A stretch of 64,000 bases of DNA from Parasitella parasitica NRRL 2501. Lineage: Eukaryota; Fungi; Mucoromycota. The notes under the pieces were generated by a model, which saw nothing but the letters and a program-made list of their open reading frames with translations, did no database searches and was not told the origin of the DNA. This document shows positions 52,556-64,000 of the stretch, one piece after another. Position numbers and translations under genes: made by a program. Numbering within the stretch: position 1 is the stretch's first letter; every line of letters starts with the position of its first letter. The stretch is from positions 39,381-103,380 of the forward strand of contig MU619283.1 in the NCBI GenBank assembly GCA_025201805.1, written 5' to 3'.

Positions 52556-54199
52556 ATGTCCATCAATAGAATAGATTACTCGCTCTATCTTGTCACAGAC
52601 CGCTCACTGGTCCCCGAAACCAAGACGTTTCTGGGGCAAATTGAGCGAGCACTGGAAGGGGGTGTTACGCTGGTCCAGCTTCGTGAAAAGGACACCGAGA
52701 CAGGTGCGTTTATCGATTTTGCTTTCAAGGTCAAGGCGCTCACACGCAGGTTTGGCGTGCCATTGATCATCAATGACCGCTTGGACGTTGCTCAGGCGGT
52801 GGACGCTGAAGGTGTGCACATTGGTCAAGACGACATGCCTTTGACTACAGCAAGAAAGATCCTGGGGCCAAACAAGATTATTGGTGTGTCTTGCAATACA
52901 GAAGAGGAAGCTGCCATTGCTATCCGCGACGGTGCGGATTATCTTGGTATAGGCGCTGTCTGGTTTACTTCTACCAAGAAGAATATCAAGGAACCTTTGG
53001 GCACCACAGGTGTGCGACGCATACTTGAATCTATGCAAGGCAACCCTATACCGACAGTAGCAATCGGAGGCATTAATGCTGAAAATGCTTGCCAAGTGAT
53101 AGAAGGCTCAAACACAGGTAAAATTCATATCGATGGGCTTGCAATTGTATCTGCTATCATGGCAGCCGAGGATCCCAAGGTTGCCTGTGAGGAACTCTTA
53201 AAATTGATCCGTCACAGTCTGTCTAAGCTCGGCACAAAAGTCAACAACAACACCGTGGATGATGCTATCCGATTTGCTGTCCAAGCAGCCAAAAACATCA
53301 GGGACACGACACCCATGGTGCATCACATCACTAGTAAGTAACAACGGTATGTGTCTTTGGCTGATTATTTTCGGCTGATTTGGATCCTATAGACTATGTG
53401 GTGATAAACGACAACGCCAATGCAGCACTTGCTGTTGGAGCATCGCCTATCATGTCCACAAACCGCCAAGAAATGGAGGAGCTTGCAGCTGTGAATGGAG
53501 CCATGCTGTTGAATATGGGCACATTGAACGATGTCGATGCCATGATCTTGGCAGCTCAAGCAAACGCTCGCCAGAACAACCCTGTGATCTTGGATCCTGT
53601 TGGATGTGGAGCGACTGTATTCAGGCGTGAGACGCTAAAAAGATTCCTGGATGAATGCAAGCTGGCTGTTGTGAAAGGAAACGCAGGTGAAATATTATCC
53701 ATGGCTGGCCTTGGAGGTAAATCAAGAGGTGTGGATTCCGTCGGAAACAACGAAGAGCAGGTCATGGTGGATGCTGTTAAAATGCTCGCCAAACAAAACA
53801 GTACGTATTTGTCCTGACGCGCAAGAGCATTGTGCCATTTGTTCTAACCATTTATACACGGTAGACTGCGTTATTGGACTCACTGGCCCTATTGACTATG
53901 TCTCTGATGGCGAAAGGGTGTTCGCGATTGAAAACGGGGATGCGTTGTTACCGCTGATTACAGGCAGCGGCTGTATGGTCTCTTCCGTCGTTGCCTGCTT
54001 TGCTGCTGCCAATCGAGATGACTATCTGTTAGCCACTGTCGCTGGTATTCTCACTGTTACTGTAGCCTCAGAAATTGCTGCTGCACGTGAGCATGTCCAC
54101 GGACCAGGCACCTTCCGTGCTGCTCTCATCGATGAGTTACATAATGTCACAAATACGCCAGAGCTTCTCCAGCAGCGCGCAAGACTTCGTACATTATAA
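52556..54199 (+). CDS. THI6: Bifunctional thiamine-phosphate synthase / hydroxyethylthiazole kinase, 3 exons
   Basis: IDYSLYLVTD, VQLREK, LIINDRLDVA, GVHIGQDD (ThiE) fused to PMVHHITNYVVIN, ILDPVGCGAT, KGNAGEI, ITGSGCM (ThiM). Confidence 0.96.
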
Positions 54200-54285
54200 T
54201 AAAAATTTCACTTGAATATACGTGGACATTTATTTCATTCCGTGATCATCATCATCAAATAAAAAAATAAAAAAAAAGATATACA

Positions 54286-55295
54286 TTAAAGTTTGCCTAA
54301 TCTTGAGCCGTTATCGATTCTAATAACTTCGGCATTGAGCATACCGTTTTCAATGATATGACAAGCAAGCATAGCATATTCATGTGGGAGGCCCATACGA
54401 GCAGGAAAGACGGAATCTTTGATGATTTTAGCCTTTGCAACTTCAAGCATAACAGCCGTCATGTTGGTTTCTACACACACACACAAACACAAATACATGA
54501 GCCTTTTGATTGATACTTTGCAATGAATTGCTTACCGAAAATACCAGGAGCAATGGTCATAACACGAATACCGGCAGGAGCAAGATCTCTGGCCATGGGA
54601 AGAGCCATGCCTACTACGCCAGCTTTTGATGCACTGTAAGCAACTTGGCCGGGTTGGCCATCTTGGAAGGCGACGGAGGCAGTGTTGATAATGACACCAC
54701 GCTCACCATCATCATTGTAGGCATCTTGATTAGCCATCACTTGAGCCACTTGCTTGCAGACGTTAAATGTACCAATCAAGTTGACTCTGACAGTAAACTC
54801 AAAGAGATCCAGGGTCATTGTGTGAGCAGACTTTCCTCGACGAGCGGTTTTAGCAGCGCTTGCTACGCCGCCAGCTGAAATAACGCCAGCAATACGGCCA
54901 AACTTGGCAACGGTTTTCTCTAATGCGATACGGACAGCCTCTTCAGATGTCACATCCACCTTGCCAGCTGCAAAAGCAGTGGGACCCAAAGATGTGGCAA
55001 CCTCTGCACTGAACGACGCCCATCTTCCGTTAATCGTTGATTTTACTCTTTGGTAGGCACTACACACTTACGCTCCATCCTCGTTCAAATCAAAAATCTG
55101 CAGCAACCGTTAGTTATTTGCTATCACTTTGGGAAATAAAGACAACTCACAGCAACATTTGCACCACGAGCAATGAGTTCACGAACAGTAGCCTCGCCAA
55201 GACCACTTGCACTATGTCATATGAGCAATTGCGTACACTGACATTGCTACAACTTACCCTCCTGTTACGATAAAAGTGTTTCCCTTGATTTGCAT
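54286..55295 (-). CDS. Short-chain dehydrogenase, 3-hydroxyacyl-CoA dehydrogenase type 2 (HSD17B10-like), 5 exons
   Basis: VTGGASGLG, ERGVIINTASVAFQDGQPGQVAYSASKAGVVGMALPMARDLA, MLNAEVIRIDNG; ends GKL*. Confidence 0.93.
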
Positions 55296-55921
55296 TTTGA
55301 TTGTCTGTCAATTGTACAGAAGAAAGAAAGAAAGAAAAATATGAAGCCCGTGGAAATTGTCAGAGAGCAGGCCATTTATGCTGACAAAACCGGTTGATTT
55401 TCACAGGGCAAGCAATGTTACACAGTAGACGCTGTTTTCCCCGCATATTTCGTTTCATCCATTGACATTTCTGCAGCCAACGAGTCAAGCTTATGGATTG
55501 AAAAAGGCGTTTTCGCCGTATTATATGTAGACAAAACTAGAATTACAATACATAGAGTACTTGGCGTGTGATATCGAATAGAAGCACACATGTACAAAAC
55601 GTATAATAATGATGCTTATTGATAAAGAAGAATTATGCATATTTTACTGTACGCTTTTTTATATACTAAATATTTGCAGATCTTTCACAATTTACCTTGG
55701 TTTTCTGGATAAAGATTTTGAGCCTATACAATCATTAAACTTCAACTGAATCTTTTGTCTGATGATCGGATCAAATTGTAGATCAGCGTTACAACAATCA
55801 AAAAAAAAAAGAAGACTGCATTGTTGATGCAGATCATTTTCAGTGTGCCTATAAATACAGGTTTTGCCATATGGGTATATCTTTGTTTTTTTTTCTTAAA
55901 AACACTGGAATTCAGAGTAAA

Positions 55922-58013
55922 ATGACAAGAAAGCTTGAATCTGAATCCTCGGCAATAACAATTGTAGATATAGGCGAGCCAAAAGCTGCAAGTGAAGAAG
56001 CCGCTGAACCCTATTCAATCTTCTCGACAAAGACCAAGGTCTTGATTGTCATCACTGTATCACTGTCTGGATTCTTTAGCCCATTTTCAACAAACATATA
56101 CTTTCCAGCTCTCAGCATGATTGAAAAGGTACGCACGCAAACAAACATATAGCATCAACAACGGAATATTAAAACATGCAGGCATCATAGGATCTAAACA
56201 TCACTGAGCGAATGGTCAATTTGACTATAACAATGTACATGGTATTTCAGGGAATTGCGCCATCTTTTTGGGGAAGCCTAGCGGATTCCTTTGGGCGTAG
56301 GCCTGTGTACATCGCAACCTTTTTCATCTATTTATCAGCATGTATTGGATTAGCTCTCACAAAAAACTTTGAAACGCTGTTGTCTTTGCGAATGTTGCAA
56401 GCAATTGGCTCCAGCTCTGCCATCGCAGTGGGAGCTGGGTCTGTTGGAGACATCTCAACTCCAGCAGAACGAGGAGGTTATATGGGTATATATTCGATGG
56501 GGAGCTTTCTGGGGCCATTACTCGGCCCTGTGTTGGGTGAGTATATGAATAGATATCGAGTGACTAAATTTAGTTAACATGTTTACAAAAGGGGGTATCT
56601 TGAGTCATGAGCTTGGGTGGAGGTAAAAGCTGTGAATATAACAGAAAAACATGAATAAACTCTAACATACAAGAATTAGATGGATATTCTGGGTGTTGGT
56701 TGCCATGGCAACCCCTCTTTGGCTGGTTCAAATTTTCCTGCTTCCAGAGACATTACGTTCGTTGGTGGGCAATGGGTCCATCTATGCAAATCCAACGCCA
56801 TTCCAAGCCTGGAGAAAATATCAGAAAAACAAGAAAAACAGTGATCGACAGACAGAAAACGCAAAGGGAGCTGAATTGAACAATGAACAGACGGAAATGG
56901 AAACCCAATCTAAATTGCACAATAAAGCTGGCGCTCTTCAACATAATCATAGTTTCTACTCGGCCAAAACAGAATGCTGCAACCATAGTGAGGATAATGA
57001 TATATGCACCGAGGATCCTATTACCTCGCATCCCAAAGCCAGCGGCAGTAATTTGCACGTGTCTGATGCACATTGCTCGAAACGACTCTCGAGTATACCC
57101 AATCCGTTTCAATCCTTAATCTACCTCAAGGAAAAGGATATAGCCATCCTTTTGCTTTACAATTCTTTACAGTATGCTGGCCTATACAGCGTATTGACAA
57201 GTTTAACAGAACTGTTTACAACCATCTACGGCCTCAACGAATTCCAAGTTGGCCTCTGCTTCTTGTCAAATGGATTTGGCGCGTCTATTGGATCTTTTAC
57301 TGCTGGAAGAATTTTGAATTGGAAGTTTAAACAGATAGCACGGTCTCTGAACACGGATGAAAAATTTACCAAAAAGTAACGTGCATTCTTTGTCTTGATC
57401 CGCATCAATAATACTAAATTTTACACACTTTTTTTTTTTTTTTTTTAGAGGGAGTTTAGACCCGGAATTTCCTATTGAAAATGCTAGAATGGGGTTCACT
57501 TGGATATGGGGAATTGTCTTTAACATTGCCATGATCGCTTACGGATGGGCTCTGTTTTACAAAGTGCATTTGGCAATTCCAATTGCAATCAATTTCGTGT
57601 GTATGTTAAATATGAGTTGTGTGTGCGTAATATGCTAACATATCCATTGTTCATAGTGTCCTATGTATCAACATCCACATTTACATCAACAAACACTCTC
57701 TTGGTCGATTTATTCCCTAAAAACTCAGCAGCCATCATTGCATCAAACAACCTAACAAGGTTAGTATTGACACTCCTTTGATCATATATAGAGATGCGAG
57801 GGTCCTTATTTTCATTGGTTTATCTACTGTAGATGCTTCTTGGCTGCAGCGGTAGTTATGATTGTGCAACCAGGGATTCAGGCGATCGGTGTAGGCTGGC
57901 TATTTACAACCATCTCACTTGTCCTTCTAGTCTCCAGGGTAACTATAGTAGTCTTGTTAAAATGTGGGCCAAAATGGAGAAAGGAACGTTTAGCGCGCCA
58001 GCAGAAAGAGTAG
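55922..58013 (+). CDS. MFS drug:H+ antiporter (DHA1, QDR-like), multi-exon
   Basis: NIYFPAL, FQGIAPSFWGSLADSFGRRPVY, ERGGYMG, GPLLGPVLGG, WRWIFW, LPETLRSLVGNGS, FPIENAR. TATAAATA at ~55850. Alternative in-frame ATG at 55871. Confidence 0.93.
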
Positions 58014-58175
58014 CTGGATTTTGTATTTATAGAGTATATATATAATATATGATGATGATAAAAATAAATAGAGATAAGCTGCAGATCTCCTCTGTACATG
58101 TATAAATATAAACAAGTATCTGCAGCGTTTTGCGATCCTCATGTGTATAATGCATGCCGTATCTATTAGAGAGGC

Positions 58176-58647
58176 TTACTTTTTTCGGATAATTGTAAGC
58201 CCATCAAATATGGGTAAACTAACGGATTCTACTCGAGGATCATTTGCTACATGCTGATTAAACTTGTGTACCTTTAAAGCTGTCTTTTTGATATTTTCTG
58301 ATGCTGATTCATGCTTTTCTTTGTCGGCTTCCGCTTGATTGTCGCTGTGGCCTGCCTGTTTATGAACAAACCCAAAGAATAGGACTAGGATGTACAGTCA
58401 GCATTAATATCTATAAACTGTACGGAGCGTATTTAAAAACAACTTACCGTTATCAGCTAGGATGATCCCTCTATCCGAAAGTAAATCATACTTGAGGATT
58501 GAATCAAAGTACTTGATGTACCCTCCTTTATCAGCATCTAATGCTTTGTTTGAATAAAACTTGGATTACACAATCTCTAGTAAATCTTACCCAGAAAAAT
58601 CAAATCATATTTTGCATTGGAAGGTTTCGTTTGCCCTAGATAAGCCA

Positions 58648-58699
<52 letters not shown>

Positions 58700-59222
58700 A
58701 TTTGAATGATATATATCATATTGCACTGAATTACTATCATATTCCATACCTGTCCATAGCAGGGCCTTGCCTGAATTTAACCTTGTCTTGCAACTGCGCT
58801 TCATTGACAAACTTCTCAGCAAACTCAATGTGTTTGGGGTCCAATTCAAGAGAAAGAAGGGTAGCTTTTGCGGCCAAAGCAGAGCCCATAGCAATTGCAG
58901 AATAGCCGGTAAAGCCGCCAATCTCTAGCACACGTTGCGGCTGAAAGATGGCCACCAAATTATGCAGCAGCTTTCCTTGTAAACTACTCACCATCATGTG
59001 TGGATTTGGAAATTCAGCCTCGGTCTTTCTAGCAATATTTTCCAATACGCCTTGATACGGCTCTTTAAGAGGAGTGCTTATATCGTTGCAATATTTTTCT
59101 TCAGCGAGTCGCAAACGATTTTTATCGTTGCTTATCATGTTTGCTACGATATTAGTAGAATGGTAGCGTTTTGTCACTAGTTGAATAATGAACGCTGAAG
59201 TGGCTCTAGCTAGCAATCTCAT
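58176..59222 (-). CDS. Class I O-methyltransferase (Methyltransf_3, CCoAOMT/COMT-like), 4 exons, mitochondrial-type N-terminus
   Basis: MMVSSLQGKLL, RVLEIGGFTGYSA, YDLIFLDADKGGY, ILADNVLF, FNQHVANDPRVE..LPIFDGLTII. Confidence 0.92.
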
Positions 59223-59797
59223 TTTGATAATGGAAATGACAAGGCTTGGTAGACAAGAAAGCTGAAAGAGATGATTTTTTCTTTTAATTTATATTCAAAG
59301 TCCTGAGGTGGTTATAGGTAGAAGATGTCAATGATCTTTTGCTGAACATTGAAATATGCACAGGAAGGTGGGGGTGGTCGATGAACTGTCCTAAACAAAC
59401 ATAATGACAGGGTAGCAATTTACAGGTTGCAGCATTGTTAGTTCCCAAGAGTAATTGCTTGTTGATTTTGCAGACTATTTTAATAGATTCACCTGTTGAT
59501 AGGTAAAATACAAAGATGCTGGTACCAGCGGGTCACTTTCATAGATGCACATAATAATTATCACTAGTCTTGCTAAGAACCTGACAGAGCATTGCTATGT
59601 AGTACAAATTCTGGTGTGCCTTGGTGCTAAACAAACTTTTTTAGCGTTGATAACGAATGGTTACGATCAATATCAGCTGGAAAAGCATCATTAGCTGATT
59701 GTTTGTTATTGCTGTACCATTCAACAGCCGATTATCCACAAGCGAGACTGCCCAGTTTTACTGGCCGTTTTTTCAAGCTTCTTTTACCAAAAAGAAG

Positions 59798-60264
59798 ATG
59801 TCAGCAATACAGATATACAACAAAGCTAATGAATCCTTAGACACATTGTCAAACTTGTGGCAAATAATGCTGCAAATCATACAGGCTGTTTCTTCAGCTT
59901 CTGCCTCCTCCCTCACAGCTGAACCTGATTTAGTAAAGCTCCAAAAGACACGCAAAGAATATGAGCAACTTGTGGCATCATTGAAATCAAATGTAGAGTG
60001 GCTACAGAAAAATCAAGTAAACGAGCATGATCTACAACTGGAAACGGAAGCTTATAAATCGAGCATGGTCGAACAGGAAGAATTACAAAAGGTAGAGCCG
60101 ACAAGCTAAATGATAAAATGTAATTAGCAACTAATAGCAAGCACCTAAATCAGGAGTCATCGTGTGTCAACGACCAGCTTGAACGTTTATTAAATCAGTC
60201 GTATGCCTTACAGTTCCAGTTGGAGATGCTATTCACTTCTTCACAAGATGTAAAACTAAACTAA
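59798..60264 (+). CDS. Small all-helical protein (~134 aa), candidate Mediator MED30-like subunit, 2 exons
   Basis: ATG 59798; intron 60092-60153 (GTAGAG..CTAAT..CAG); three predicted helices, ending EQEELQKESSCVNDQLERLLNQSYALQFQLEMLF. The gene is well supported; the family call is tentative. Confidence 0.6.
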
Positions 60265-60697
60265 AATAAACCTTTGCTGTTTACACATGCAAATTTTGGA
60301 TTGTATAACTCCTCGGACAGCTTTTATCTTGGTCGTCTCACTTCCATCTGCTGGTCTCACGATATACCAACTGCTTGTATTTTGCATTATTGGCCATTTG
60401 GCAGGCGAAAGTGGCATAAAAAAAATAATAATTGCTAGTTTGACTATTGGATTTATAATGAAACAATGAAATGACAGTGAATTATTTATTTGATTTGAAT
60501 AAAAGAAACTACTAAAGATTTAGAAACAATGTGAAAAGATACATTTTTAAAAAAAAGTAATATAATGGCGAATAAATAACAGGCTGCTAAGAGCTTAAAA
60601 GATCAATAGTTAGCTAAAAGAAAATAGATATAGTAGTTTTGGTTTCTTTGCAATTGTTGTACTTTGTAGTTGTATTTGTTGTTGAAATGAATGAAAT

Positions 60698-61782
60698 CTA
60701 ATTACACTTTCCCTTGACACAACTGTTCTTGCAGTCGCGGTTAGAGGAACAGCAGGCATCCTTGGGACCCTTGCCACCCTTCTTACCAGAAAAACCTTGG
60801 TTGCAGCTAGAGAGCGAAGGGCCGTTACATTTGCCGTTGATGCAAGATTCCCAACAATCATCGCTATGCTCGCAACAGGCACCGTTGTAACCATCACCCT
60901 TGTTTTTTCCGTTGGAACCAGTGTAACAAGTAGAGGCAATAGGGGCATTACATTTGCCGTTGATACAGCTTTCTTGACAATCGTCGCTGTGGGAGCAACA
61001 GGCGTCCAGAGGTCCTCTGCCGTTCTTCTTTCCCTTGAAGCCAGTTTGGCAAGCAGTTTCAGTAGGGCAAGCAGAGACAGTCTTGGTAATAGTTTTAGTG
61101 ACGGTAACAGTAGCACCACCAACAGGGACAGTAGTGGTAGTAGCAGCACCAGTAGTAGTAGCAGCACCGGTAGTCGTAGCAGCGCCAGTAGCAGTAGTAA
61201 CGGCACCAGTAGTAACGGCACCAGTAGTAACGGCACCAGTAGTAACGGCACCAGTAGTAACGGCACCAGTAGTAGTAGCCTTAGTAGTTGTGACAGCACC
61301 AGTAGTAGTAGCCTTGGTGGTTGTAGTAGCCTTGGTGGTAGTAGCCTTTGTCGTAGTGGTGTCAGCCGCACAAGTATCATCTTTGTGGACATTCCACCAG
61401 GCACAGGCACCAGCAAATTCTGCATTGAAAGACTCAGGATCATCACCAACACAAGCAGCCATACACATGCCAGCAGAAGCCATAAAGCTACCATAGTTAG
61501 GACCAGACTTATTACACATGAGAGCAAGGGAATCTAAGAAGAGCTCAGATGTATGGTCCATAGTCCATCCAGGAACCCATTTTTGGCCAGTTTTCTGTCA
61601 TTAGTAAAAGAATATTAGTGTCGATGGAACAAATGTACAAGGTGCAAGTGGATACATACAACATTACAGGCTGTATAACATTCAGTGGAGGGAGGTGTGT
61701 TATAAGAGGGGTTACAATCAGCAGCAAGTGCTGAGGCGGCAAAGGTGGCAATGGCAGCAGAGATGGCAACAGTAGTACGCAT
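60698..61782 (-). CDS. Secreted modular protein: signal peptide, Cys-rich N-domain, Thr-rich stalk and three six-Cys cationic C-terminal modules, 2 exons
   Basis: MRTTVAISAAIATFAASALA signal; intron 61595-61659; (GAVTT)n stalk; three C-x15-CC-x5-C-x3-C-x4-C repeats each ending GKCN. Confidence 0.9.
61130..61360 (-). repeat. Coding tandem repeats (15-bp GAVTT, 18-bp GAATTT, KATTT units)
   Basis: CAGTAGTAACGGCAC repeated about five times at ~61192-61270, plus related degenerate units. Confidence 0.85.
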
Positions 61783-64000
61783 ATTAGCAATTCGAATTGA
61801 TCTGAATGAGAGACTAATGAATAATTTCGAATTGAAGGTTGAAATACTTGTGGTATTTATACCTGAAAACAAAAATCTGATGGCATTTGTAATGTCATAC
61901 AGTTTACAGCTCCATTCTAGTTCATTTGAAATGCTACCTTGCAAGGCGGATGAAAACGGATAATTTACCTTACATCTTTGTCAGATCAAATTTAGTTCTC
62001 AGATCTAATTATAGTTGTGTATATTTACACAATGTAGAAAGGGACGGGGCACTGACATGGTTACATGAATGAAAACTGTGCAGCACCTTGATTTATCAGA
62101 TTTTCTCTTGTTTCACCGAATATTGAGGCACAGTCTGAATTTTCTCATTTCCAATACTTCAATTACTCGAAACCATTTTGCAAATCATTGAATATGTTTT
62201 TCATCTCATTATGAGAGAAACTTTTACACTTCAGTTTACTTGATGACAAATATGACTTTATTGTATAATGAATTATTTAAGATGTAAATCTTAATGGGTG
62301 ATAATACAGACTCAAAGTGGTTGAACTGCCGTGAAATCCACGAGCTTCTTTACCTAATTGTATAAAGAACAACCAGAATTTTCGGGATGTGTCACCAAAG
62401 ATGGTCTGCCTGGCTACATCTGATAAGATTTTAGTGGAATCAGCATCTGATAACAGAAATACAGTATATGCTCTTCTCTCGAGCGCGCTTTCATAACTCA
62501 GCATCTACCTTTTGACTCATTCTATTTCTATCGGTTTCAAACGTTACAATGATAACTTTTATACACAGCTAGCTGAAGGTAATCCCATTTACAAACAACA
62601 CTTAATCAGTTACATTAAAGTAAATGCACCTCGTAAGCCTCTATGAGAGAACATGTTTTGACATTTGCGTCTTGACCTTTTCAAGTTGGACAAAAATCAT
62701 ACATCGATCATTTCATCAAGTAAGCAGACCTAGAAAGGACAACTCGATTTAGATAGCACGAGCTTTCTGAATTGATTAGTAACTGACCAATGTTAAAGAT
62801 GGCAATGCCTCGATTTTTTGCTGCTTACTATATATTGGAATTCCACCACTTTTTCTGGAACATTAAAACCAAACCGTTAAATGTTATAAAGATATAATCT
62901 TGGTCTATTTGTTTTGATAACTGAAGTTATTTTTCAGAAAATAGCAATATGGCTGTTTAGAATAATATAGGGTAAAAAATCCTTCAGTATAATCGCATCC
63001 TAAAGATTCATTGCATTCAATAACACGCTTACAATAATTGTTGACACACACGAAATTGTGTCACACAAAATTATCAGATTCTCCTCAATCTTTAAGAGCG
63101 GACCACTGTAACACGAAATCAATGAAGTAATTTTAAAAATCAAGAGCACTGGATAATCTTTGTTAAGATTGCGATTGACGAAGACAATCATCAACATATA
63201 GTTATGATGTCGCCTTATATTTAATCTTCAAGATAAATCACCTCAACACAAAAATATAATTTAAATAACATTCAAGTGTTTCAGAAAAGCATTGCTCCCA
63301 CTCAATCCACATATTCTCGGAAACGGTAAAACAAAACACACAGCTTTGCAGCCCATAAATTATTATAAAAAAGCCTCATCGAGAATATGTTTATTAACTC
63401 AATCAACCTACTTTTTTTATTTTTGTCTAGATCCAGAGGCAAAGTAATTAATTATATTTGGGAAATCTCAATTGCATGCTCCTTTTTTAGAGTATAAAAA
63501 GTGAATGGTATTGTAGGATTGTGATGGATACGACAAAGGTACGTCGGACTGGTAAGAGCATCTACAGTAGTTCGTACCGACGTCAGTCAGTAGACTTTGA
63601 GCAGTAGAATAATCCTATCACCAATATAAATACACCTCTTCCGTATCTGTTAAGGAAAAAATTTCTTGACGAAAATGGATTGGAAATGACAAAGCTAACT
63701 ATATCATTTTATAGAAAGAAAAACTGCTTAAATTTTGTTGCCTCCAGAGTCTAAGCTGGAGAAAATTTCAATAGTAAAGTCTTAAAAGGCGATTGTTACT
63801 TTCGCAGTTGTTAATTTCAATCTGAATTCTGAGCCAAATCTTGTCATCTTATACTGATAGAGTAAATGAACTATGAGACCAAACGAAAGCCACAAAGTTA
63901 AGACCGTTAATAAAAAATAGCGCAAAGAGTAATTGCATACGTACCAACAAAAGAGATGGTTATGTTGTAAAAAAAATTATATAGAAGAAAAAGAGGATGA

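Noticed and set aside
60610-61537. Long alternative-frame and antisense ORFs (305, 246 and 153 aa) over the secreted protein
   Set aside because: By-products of stop-free Thr/Gly/Ala tandem repeats.
63541-63583. ACGTCGG/CCGACGT inverted pair around TAAGAGCATCTACAGTAG (Harbinger/Tourist-like end)
   Set aside because: Too short, and no matching opposite terminus in the window.
1-64000. CRISPR arrays, rRNA, prokaryotic operons or horizontally acquired bacterial islands
   Set aside because: No spaced direct-repeat arrays or rRNA signatures. The recognisable genes carry spliceosomal introns and fungal-type sequences.

Overview
AT-rich, gene-dense eukaryotic DNA with short (about 50-140 nt) GT-AG introns. 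Gene content, intron style and repeat families point to a mucoralean fungus (Rhizopus/Mucor group; inference). About 22 protein-coding genes can be reconstructed across introns: a SUT-type sugar transporter (cut by the window edge), eIF3e, a Kel1/Tea1-like kelch protein, Src1/Heh1, a DUF4203 membrane protein, HAS1, beta-MPP/Core1, a bHLH factor, an Efm2-like methyltransferase, LSM1, Mpv17/SYM1, an HSF-domain factor, MOD5, GLT1, THI6, an HSD10-like SDR, a DHA1 MFS pump, an O-methyltransferase, a candidate MED30-like protein, a secreted Cys/Thr-rich modular protein and several orphans. There is one tRNA-Glu(TTC). Two diverged ~1.5-kb repeat copies in inverted orientation (17188-18662 and 39306-40809) bracket a 20.6-kb block of host genes. 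A CACTA-like MITE sits in the beta-MPP promoter. A transposon graveyard spans about 37.8-43.8 kb and contains a nuclease-like pseudogene, a pogo-like end, an internally deleted Tc1 transposase and a LINE 3' end with a hairpin. No clearly new multi-gene system can be demonstrated from sequence alone. The best leads are the inverted-repeat-bounded block, the MED30-like gene and the secreted protein with three cationic six-Cys modules. All family assignments are from motif recognition, not database searches.
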